A model generated the notes under the pieces. The model was not told the origin of the DNA. It saw only the letters and a program-made list of their open reading frames with translations, and searched no databases. A DNA stretch of 33,851 nucleotides from Nemertoderma westbladi (taxonomy: Eukaryota > Animalia > Xenacoelomorpha), in assembly GCA_032718475.1 (NCBI GenBank), contig JAUCBJ010005594.1:1-33851 (forward strand), in the 5' to 3' direction. Shown here in pieces: positions 21,199 through 30,019 of the stretch (position 1 is its first letter; each line of letters begins with the position of its first letter). The translations under genes and the position numbers were made by a program.

Positions 21199-22262
21199 GG
21201 TTCTATCACATTTGAGGCACAGTGACAAACACCTTTCCCCAGTGGCCATTTTTGGACCAATTCAGCAATTTGTCTCAAATTTCACACAGACACTTTCAGA
21301 CCTATGTGTAACTTCATAGAAAATTTTAAATTAGGTGATTTTCCGCTTCGAGCAGCACGATAGAAAATCATGAGTTTATGGCATTTTTTTCGAAAAGAAA
21401 ATTTTTGCCTGTTTTCAAATGTGCACCATTTTCTCAATTTTCCTTCATGTTGCCGGAAAATCTACAGACAGACAGACAGACACTCCAGGTCGTGTATTTA
21501 ATGTGATGTAAATTTTACGGCTGCAGAGTACGATGTGCCCTTCGCGCAGCACGTGAAAAAAACGGTCTTTTCTAGAAAAATACTTCTTAATTAGAACACT
21601 GTCAGTATACTACTGCGACTGCCCTGCCAGTACCAGACTACAGCACTACCGGACCGGTACCTACTGCATTGTAAGTAAGCAATCATGCAACTAATAGTCA
21701 AATAATATTATTAATGGGATGTTCAATTCATTCATTATTCACATTCACAGATTCATGTAATCATTAATTAATAAATTTTTAATAATAGTTTTTTTAGTTA
21801 ATTATGTAATTTATAAGGCCTACTAAGCAGTTAAGTAATTTTTAATTAATCGATCATTTTTTAGTACGCTTTTTTAAGTCAACCTCAAATTATTATTACA
21901 GTGCATATTTTTAGGAATTGTTGCATTTTGTACAATAATAAAAGTACCAAGTACTAATCAAGTACCGGTATTGTTATTATTACTACTATTAATAAATAAA
22001 TAAAACGTTAATAAATAAACTTACAAATAATTAGATTTCTTAATAAAGGCATAGCTGCATAGAGGAATCAACAATCTTTGAAAAGGAGTGGTTTGCTATG
22101 GACGTAGCTGAATCAACAAACTTTTTAAAAAAGTATAAGTGGTTTGCCATGGGCATAGGGGAATCATCAACGTTTGACAAAAAGTCTAAGTGGTTCGCCA
22201 CGGGCATAGGGGAATCGATCAAAAAATGTCTTACCACTGTGCCTCAATAATGTGATATTACC
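21199..22262. mobile_element. Merlin-like non-autonomous DNA transposon
   Basis: Imperfect TIR GGTTCTATCACATTTGAGGCACAGTG / CACTGTGCCTCAATAATGTGATATTACC, GG...CC termini, 8-bp TSD AAAAGTTG at 21191-21198 and 22263-22270. Three ~50-bp tandem units at ~22060-22220. Confidence 0.75.
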
Positions 22263-22368
22263 AAAAGTTGAAATTTCAACTCAGTTGAAAATATAACTTT
22301 TCCACCAACTGACAGTATGGATACCGGTAGCAGGACCTATTGAGACGTTAGCGTTAGATAGACTGATA

Positions 22369-23754
22369 GTGGATAGGTATAATTTTGCTACTTTTTATTT
22401 AGATTCGAGCGGCGTGGCCAGCAGACACGAGCTACAAACGGCTATTACCGGTACACGACGGCATTCACGAGTAGTTAGCGAATCGCAGCAGGCTTGCGAT
22501 ATCACGCACATCCCCAGGGGCATCGAAAGGCGTGTCATCGGCGACGTTAACGTTCACGTTGGAGACAAACGCAATAAATCTTCGAAGAAAAAGGGCAGAA
22601 CAGGTTCCAAGCAAAAGAACAGAAAACATGCGAAACCACAGTACGATGTTCCTTATCCTAAATTTATCGAACAATGTCAACCTGTAGCGGAAGAGGTCAC
22701 GAATAACAACAATGTAAGGATAACAAAGGCAACCGAAACCACAAAGGTTAGAGTTCGCGAGGTCATTGACCCTGATGACAAAGACCTTCCAAACGACGTA
22801 GACGATGATCATTCCGCTTGTAGTAACTACCGTTACGGGAACCCCGATGATGTAGTTGTTTACTCGTTGCGGTGCGACGCAGCTCAGGTAGACGGAGGCG
22901 TATTGGCTTACCAATCCGAGTTGGATCTGTGCGGTTTCCGTTCGTGCGGGGGTTGCTGGGTCACCGTGGGTAGCCTCGGCAACGGCGTGTTCGGCTCGGT
23001 GACGTTGGTCCGTTGCGGGGCGACGCGCGTCGCGGTCAAACAGATCGCCGTGTCCAACTTCCTTTCGCACCGCAGGGAGGCCGAGTTTATCGAGCTGTGC
23101 TACCCGGGATCCCTGCTGGGGTTCCTGGTGGACTCGGGATCCGTTCATATTCTAATGAAACACATCGTAGGGGAATCCCTGCAATCCATCGCGCGATACG
23201 TCCGTCTGCGTCAGAAGTGTCTCTCCGCTCTCCAACTAATCGAGTTAATTATTTTAATTATCGGCGAGTTGTCTCGCATCCATAGTCTCGGTGTTATCCA
23301 CGGCGATATCTTACTGCAGAACATTATGATATCCCGGGATATCGGTGGGGATATCTCGGTGGTCTTCATCGATTTCGGGTTGTCCATATCGTACGACAAC
23401 GGCCGCCCATCCGACCTCCCTTCCGTAGAAGTCGCCAACCTGCTCCGGGAGTCCGTCGATATGATCGAGTCGAGTTCCCTGGCCCAGATCGCCAATCAGT
23501 TATCGCCTCTCGCTTCTAATCTTGTAGACGGGTGTTTATTGGTTCGTGATGTTCCAAAGAAACTCGATGATATAAAGTCTCTTTACATCGAAGACGCCGA
23601 TTCGTTTGTTGAAGATGTAAATGGAATCCCGTTGCGGTTGATTGACAGCGATTCATCCCATTGTCTTCCGGTTTCGCCTTATTATCACGACATTTCTAAC
23701 GATTCCGCCGACGCTTATCACAACGTTTCATACGATTCTACAGACAGTGAGTGA
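22369..23754 (+). CDS. Atypical protein kinase with basic N-terminal region and abbreviated C-lobe; single uninterrupted frame, start uncertain
   Basis: LGNGVFGSV (Gly loop), VAVK, REAE (alphaC Glu), IHGDILLQNIMI (catalytic loop), FIDFGLS. No APE motif. No in-frame ATG upstream of the kinase domain; possible splice acceptor TTTTTATTTAG ending at 22402. AATAAA near 24008. Confidence 0.85.
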   Translation: MDRYNFATFYLDSSGVASRHELQTAITGTRRHSRVVSESQQACDITHIPRGIERRVIGDVNVHVGDKRNKSSKKKGRTGSKQKNRKHAKPQYDVPYPKFIEQCQPVAEEVTNNNNVRITKATETTKVRVREVIDPDDKDLPNDVDDDHSACSNYRYGNPDDVVVYSLRCDAAQVDGGVLAYQSELDLCGFRSCGGCWVTVGSLGNGVFGSVTLVRCGATRVAVKQIAVSNFLSHRREAEFIELCYPGSLLGFLVDSGSVHILMKHIVGESLQSIARYVRLRQKCLSALQLIELIILIIGELSRIHSLGVIHGDILLQNIMISRDIGGDISVVFIDFGLSISYDNGRPSDLPSVEVANLLRESVDMIESSSLAQIANQLSPLASNLVDGCLLVRDVPKKLDDIKSLYIEDADSFVEDVNGIPLRLIDSDSSHCLPVSPYYHDISNDSADAYHNVSYDSTDSE

Positions 23755-24072
23755 CCTCTACCATAGTTTATTGTCCAATGTTTATTTGTCCATTTTTTGC
23801 GTATTTTTTTAATGAATCAGGTTAACAACACATTATATTTACAAACTTGCCAATTAATTATTTCCAATTACAATTAATTATGTTTTATAATCTATTTTTT
23901 TAGATACAGTTGGTGTATAAATATTCGGAATGTCAGATATTTACGTTATTTTTTATTATTTATAAATATTTAATTGTTTGTTAGTTTAAATCCTAACGGA
24001 TTGCCTTTAATAAACTTTGTAATTTTATGGTAAAGTAAGTTATTTAATACTAATTTTGTTCATAGAGAACAT

Positions 24073-24214
24073 ACTACTACTATCGGCATTCTGTATTGCT
24101 GTGTCGACAAAATTGCGCCGCCACAACTCCCTATCGCCTATGACATTTGCTAAATCATCCACATCTTCAAGGCCAGTGTCCTTTAAGATGCATTTCAAGA
24201 AAGTCATGGGCTGT
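24073..24214 (-). mobile_element. RTE LINE 3' fragment (same family as 24563-25566)
   Basis: Reverse complement of ~25398-25566 with an internal deletion; (TAG)n tail at 24073-24082. Confidence 0.85.
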
Positions 24215-24562
24215 ATTAAATTGAATTAAATATAATGAAAAAGTTTATTGTGAAACATTGCGATAGTTATGCTAGGCCTGTCTCATAGAATTTGCTAACA
24301 TTTATTAACGCTAACCCTGTAGTTCTGTTAATATTATATTGGGCGGGTGAAATTTGTTAATATTTGATGCAAACGTTTTATCCCAGGGGGGAGTTTCATC
24401 TATGCAGTTTTCCAGTCTCAATCGTTACGGAATGTTTGAAATGGAATATAACTTCTTACAAACAAAATACTTTGCAGAGTTCCCATCCTCGTGGCTTTAT
24501 TTTCACTCATTTCTTTCAAAAAGTGAAATTTAAATTGATACTTCCCTACCTTACCTACATAT

Positions 24563-25566
24563 TGACGGTGACACAGAACCATTTGAAGTGTTATGGGGCG
24601 TCCTCCAGGGTGACACACTTGCGCCATTCTTATTTATAATTGTGGTTGACTATGTTCTACGCATGTCCTTAGATCATCATAATGGTGATGGGGTGATGAT
24701 AACTCCACCTACTGGCTCCAGAAGTCGAGGAAATCCTGCCAAGTACCTGACTGATCTAGACATTGCTGATGACTTAGGAGTACTCTCAGAATCACTAGAG
24801 GGAGCCCAACGGCTCCTCCGCTCATTAGAACAGGCTGCTTCTAGTGTTGGTCTTTTTATTAACTCCAGAAAGACCAAAATTTTGACAGTTAACTTTGAAA
24901 GTCCTCAGCAAGTCCCTGATCGGATGAGCATAAGCTCAAAAGATGGTATGCTTGAGCATGTGGACGACTTCTGTTACCTGGGATCATGGATCCGGAAATT
25001 TTCAAATTCGTTACGGAATGGCATGGGCAGCAATGAATGGGCTTTCAAAGATTTGGAAGTCACCGAGAATTAATCGGAAACTTAAGGTCCGGTTATTTAG
25101 AGAAGCAGTAGTTCCAGTAGTCCTCTATGGGAGTCCATGCTGGGCTCTAACTGCTGAGGACACCAAATCTCTGGATGGCACATTCACAAGAATGCTACGC
25201 CGGGTTCATTGTGTCAAGTTCAATACACACATCTCCAACCAGACACTATATAACATTGGAGGTGTCTCATTGGTTCCCCCAAGCTTGACACTAGAACAAA
25301 GCCGCCTCCGCTTTGCAGGACATTGCTTTCGCCGTGAGTACCAGCCAGTGCATAATCTTGTGCTTTGGCAGCCTCATGGAGTGAATGGGCATGGTGGACA
25401 GCCCATCACTTTCTTGAGACGCATCTTAAAGGACACAGGCCTTAAAGATGCGGATGATCTAGCAAATGTCGTGGGTGATAGGGAGTTGTGGCGGTGCAAT
25501 TTTATCGTCAAGCCGGCACAGCATTCTTAAAAATGCAGCTGCAGTGCAGCATGCCGATCCTAGTAG
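24563..25566 (+). mobile_element. 5'-truncated RTE-clade LINE, frameshifted near 25000
   Basis: DGDTEPF..GVLQGDTLAPFLF, DLDIADD, FCYLGSWI, VLYGSPCWAL, SRLRFAGHCFR; (TAG)n tail. TSD TACCTA(C/A)ATAT at 24552-24562 and 25567-25577. Confidence 0.92.
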
Positions 25567-26005
25567 TACCTAAATATGCCAGTAATAATTATATTAATGC
25601 TGCAAATTACGCTGTAATAATTTATACTTTTTTATTTATTTGGATTAATTATTTTGTTTTAAATTGTTTTGTGCTGATAATACTTGTATCCCGTAAGCTT
25701 ACTTATACATTGCACAATATGCAACGCCTTATGATTTTTACTTTTTCAATTTATAACTCCCATGTACATCATTTATAATATGATGTTATGTAATTTGTGC
25801 CGTTCACGATAATTTCGTTACATTTGTGAAACGCGGATCCCACAAATGCTGAGGATACCATAGAAGCAATAATGGATCCCAGTGTGATCGGCGGATCCAA
25901 TTCTAGTCAACTAGTCTATGGTATCCGCCGTATTAATACAATTTAATAATAATAGTAATAATATTAATTATTTATAGCGCTTTTCATACTCAATGCACTT
26001 TTGTT

Positions 26006-26825
26006 ATTATTACCCCAGCAAAGCCGTGGCCAAATGGGTGTCTGTCTGTCTGTCTGGCGCAATATTTGGCTTTAATATACGGCTTAGTCAAATTTTAAAA
26101 AACATTGTTAGAAAATTTTGTCGTCCTGCACTTTCATGGTTCGCGCTAGGCGGCGCTAAATATCACTTCGTCGAGGCTTAATTACCTTTGAACCACTTCA
26201 TCAATTTTCATGAAACTTTCACAGAATGACCTATGGATTGTTCTCAATTAAATTAAATTAAACTTTTGGTGCATGAATTGCTGACTTGAGACAATTTTGT
26301 TCATGGGAGTTTGTAGGCTCACATCAAACACATCATCACAACAAACAATCAGTTAAGGTGCAACAGTTAATATTTAAGAGATAAGAGATATTCTCCATTT
26401 ACAGTTTGAGTAGGTTTCCTAACTGATTTATCTTAACAAATATTTACATAAGTTAATCGGCAAATATTATAATACAAATAAAGCATTAATCAGTCAATGC
26501 AGTCAGCACAGAAGCGCAGTGCAGACAGCACCGTGTATTGTATAGTCCAGCCTAAGAATTCTGAGAAATCACGACGTCATGGCCAGTTTCTTATCAACTT
26601 CCAATAAAAAGCCGCCGTGCGTCATTGCTGATACTCCAACAAAGAACAGCTGAGTTAGGAAAATGAGAAGTCGATTTTATTGGGTGTTTTATCTCTTGGT
26701 GTGTACTGGAATCGAACACGTGGGGGCGTATTGATCTGACATTTTATAAAGTTTGGATTAGACTAACTTATGATTTTAGCTTTGGGGCCAAATCTTTCAG
26801 ATACGCCGCGCCAGTGATTTTTAAT
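26006..26825. mobile_element. Probable Helentron/HINE-like non-autonomous element
   Basis: TATTATTACCCCAGCAAAGC start, (GTCT)n at ~26040-26055, partial inverted match GCTTTGGGG at ~26779-26787. Boundaries approximate. Confidence 0.45.
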
Positions 26826-27510
26826 AGCCTCCCACTTTTATAGAGTTGGGCGCTATATAAATAATAGTTTATTGTTATTTTTAGGACGCAACAGTTTTAA
26901 CAATTTGTTTAGATTTAGATTAGAGCCTCATGGTCATAACTTCGGGTTAAATGACTGTTTTAATAAGGGTTTGTGTCTCCACTAATGTATCCTGCAAGGC
27001 CCACTGGAAAACAAATTGGGGGAACCCCAGACTATATGACATGGAGGAAATGTAATAATAGAAAACAATTTAATTTTTTTGATACGATAATTTTTATAAT
27101 TGTGTTCTAAGTAATAAATAATTTGGTAATTTTTCTACGTAAAACTAAGTACTAATTTTCATTGTAATCATATTTTCTACTGCAATCTCTCGCTTATAAT
27201 GTACTTTTATCAGTTGATTCTTTTTTACCTTACTTTCGTATGTAACTATTATTACCCTAATGCTATTGATTAGTGCCTTAATCATACTTTTCGCATATTT
27301 GCGATTGTGGTATTTCGATTATACTTCTTCACCATTAAAATAAGGTACTATACTAATTAAAGAAAATTTAATTTAAAAAAGTTACTGAAGATACTAATTA
27401 TGAGCAAGGCTCAAGGTACAGCTACACGATTCGGTGCCGGGCCATCCACGTGATATTAATTAAAGTGGTGTGTATGGCAGTCACGTGACGTTAAGGAGTG
27501 CAGGGCTGTA

Positions 27511-28866
27511 TCAGACGTCCAATCTCTCACGGCGGGCGAACCTGGATGGATTTTTTACGTTTAGCTGAAATAATCTTGACGTGTTGTCCCCTTTTTCATT
27601 CCAGTAGTTGGACCCACTGACCATATATGTACCGCTATCCGATACCTCAGCACTTGCCAAGAAATAGTTCCAACGTGTAGCTTGTGATTGTGTCCCATTT
27701 TGCGATTTCGGAGGTTTCAAGGGCAATTCAATCGTAACCAAGGGCACTCCTGAGATCGGCATTGTCACGCTTATTTTATCTCCAGTGTAGGCTTTAACGG
27801 GATCAACCACTGGTACGGCAAGGTTCATCTTGTAGCAAGGCGGCGTAAACAATGCGGGATCGATAACGATGGACGAGTCACACGATTGGCAACTTCTAAT
27901 CTTCTTCTCTATTCCCTGACATAAACAGTGATTCCTATCGGCATAAGGGTATCCGGGATTACAGTTGCAAATACCATGAATGCAATAGTTCAGAACGTCG
28001 TAGATTTCACCTGGAGGACACTCTTGGTTGCATTTACTAAACTCATTGCGGTTTGTGAGATAATCATTGCATATCTTGGTTGCTCTCCTCTCCGCGCTTG
28101 CGTTGGGACACCCGTGCCCTGCGACACTGACGGACTTGCCAAAATATTGTACTGGAATTTGGCATTTGTTACTCGGTTGGGTTAAATCTGGATTGCAATA
28201 TTCATCAGAATTTCCCAATCCGAAACTTTGGATTCCTACATAGAAATCGTGAAAACGAACCGTCCATGTAGGTGTTAGTATTTCATAAAAATGAGCACCC
28301 TTTTCGAAACTGAAATAGACCAAACAGTTGAATTCTTCATTTTCGCAACCAGCGCAAGGTATTTCCCCTGATTTAGGATGAATGACTTTACCGTTCAATG
28401 TGATGCCTGTCGCTCTTTTGTACTCTAATACCAGATCCAAGGCCGTAACAGTAATGTGTTCAATTCTTCCGCCGGTTCCCAACGTTACCTTTACTAGCGG
28501 TGCTCCCATCTTGTAGCTCCCCATCAGATAGGAACACCCCACCACCGCTTTCGTTTCCCCTATCTTGGGAGACAAGTCATTGGTCACCCTCACACGAGTG
28601 CCGGTCATATCCATGGTACACTTTGTCGACGACGTGTTCTGCCTATTCTTTATGCGAAGCATCTTATCCCGCAATCCGTATTGAAAGCTTGGTAGATCAC
28701 CCAAACAAGCGTAGTTGTTGCATGGGGTATCAGTTTCGGCACCATCTTCAGACAACATGTAACCTCCACCACAACCCCGACTGCACACTCCGTAATTAAG
28801 CGATTCCACCGCCAATGTAGCAACCACGAAGCCCAGGACCAGTGTCCCAAAGATAATGAACCTCAT
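27511..28866 (-). CDS. Secreted 451-aa protein: signal peptide, short TSP1-like motif, divergent VWD, C8 and Ig-like (I-set) domain; intronless CDS
   Basis: MRFIIFGTLVLGFVVATLA signal; CSRGCGGG...CNNYAC (TSP1); GCSYLM, ITLNG, FGKSV (VWD); IC..FSKC..C..GICNC..CLC..C (C8); GDKISVT.PISGVP...DSGTY..SGSN...FQLNV (Ig). ATG in AAACAATG context. Confidence 0.85.
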   Translation of the reverse strand: MRFIIFGTLVLGFVVATLAVESLNYGVCSRGCGGGYMLSEDGAETDTPCNNYACLGDLPSFQYGLRDKMLRIKNRQNTSSTKCTMDMTGTRVRVTNDLSPKIGETKAVVGCSYLMGSYKMGAPLVKVTLGTGGRIEHITVTALDLVLEYKRATGITLNGKVIHPKSGEIPCAGCENEEFNCLVYFSFEKGAHFYEILTPTWTVRFHDFYVGIQSFGLGNSDEYCNPDLTQPSNKCQIPVQYFGKSVSVAGHGCPNASAERRATKICNDYLTNRNEFSKCNQECPPGEIYDVLNYCIHGICNCNPGYPYADRNHCLCQGIEKKIRSCQSCDSSIVIDPALFTPPCYKMNLAVPVVDPVKAYTGDKISVTMPISGVPLVTIELPLKPPKSQNGTQSQATRWNYFLASAEVSDSGTYMVSGSNYWNEKGDNTSRLFQLNVKNPSRFARRERLDV

Positions 28867-28970
28867 TGTTTATTGCTACTATTGTCTGATGTTGAAATAT
28901 TAATTTCTACAAGGTAATTTTTAACTTTCAAAATGAACAGGAGTATTTGAGGGTAATGGGTTACACGCCC

Positions 28971-28977
28971 TTTTATA
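28971..28977 (-). promoter_or_regulatory. Candidate TATA box for the VWD-C8-Ig gene
   Basis: GCC-TATAAAA-GGGCG on the minus strand, ~105 bp upstream of the ATG. Confidence 0.55.
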
Positions 28978-29169
28978 GGCATCAAAGGTAATTTCCAATT
29001 TGTCACGGGATCTTTTATCTATATAGGTAAATGTTTGCAGAACATCGTTAACGTCATGGAAAGGGGATTTTACTGAAGATTAAGTACCGGTATACTAGGC
29101 CTGCTCTTTACAGTATAGTAGACTTCATCAAACAACAAGTTCAAAGAACATGGGAATTTACAAGTGCCT

Positions 29170-29592
29170 TGAAAACCGCACGGGTATTTTCCGGACACGG
29201 AAGTTATAATCTTCCTTATCGTAATTGAAAATTTGTTTTGGTCACATCTTAACAAACGGATCGATCTGGTGACATACAAGTTGGAGGACTGACGCTCTAA
29301 TCATTTCGATGCGGCTCAGATCTTGTTTGTCCACAGTTTACGTCCTCATGGACTCACATCTTTCAATCAAGGGGGGAAACTTGACAAATCCCATCTCGGC
29401 GAATTAATCTCTCGCCTCGTAGGTAAATTATCAATTAAAGGAAAGGAGCAGGTTGTAGTGACACCGACATGTTATTTTAAACAAAACGAATGCCAATAGC
29501 ACAGAGATGACAGTTTACTTGTTGGCAGTAATCAGCTGTTATTTGAGTCGCTTTTTCCCTGGAGAGGGATGAATTTTGATTTCATCCAGTGA
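29170..29592 (+). pseudogene. Decayed copy B of the unidentified protein-coding sequence
   Basis: One frame with isolated stops: HGYFPDTEVIIFLIVIENLFWSHLNKRIDLVTYKLED*...SHLGELISRLVGK...*HRDDSLLVGSNQLLFESLFPWRGMNFDFIQ*. Homologous to 5030-5281. Confidence 0.6.
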
Positions 29593-30019
29593 CCCCCCCC
29601 ACCCCGCGCATTCGTACAGTATCTGGCTCAGAAATAATTCCCGAATAACGAAATTTAGTTCATAACATCCAGATGATGGTGTCACTACTCTATGTCTATG
29701 AATATACGTAATCTAAGAGCGTATAGTTATAGTAATACCCTAATAACCAAATTAATCCTTCGCGCCAACAAGGGTCTTAAAAGTCTACCCAATATCACGA
29801 CAAGTCTACTTGAAAAACCCAATATAAAGGACCGCCTGGTAATCCAAGGTCAACTAAAACTAAACTAATTAATGTATTTTATTTATTAATCAAGCTCGTT
29901 AAGTAAAAACCTTACCGGAGGTATGTCAGTGCCAAAGTATGTAAAAAACTAAAAAGCAACAAGACCTAGACGTTGCATGCAATCAGTGATCAGCTGACGG
30001 CAGCCAGCTGATCGGTAGG

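Noticed and set aside
21218-22241. RAG/Transib transposon bounded by CACAGTG heptamers
   Set aside because: The inverted repeat extends ~20 bp beyond the heptamers to GG/CC ends with an 8-bp TSD; no 5-bp TSD at the heptamers.
22377-22402. 26-nt GT-AG mini-intron at the kinase 5' end
   Set aside because: Shorter than typical animal introns and unsupported without RNA data; only the acceptor is kept as a possibility.
22465-23495. Antisense and alternate-frame ORFs (227, 90 and 94 aa) over the kinase
   Set aside because: Shadows of a GC-rich coding frame; no motifs.
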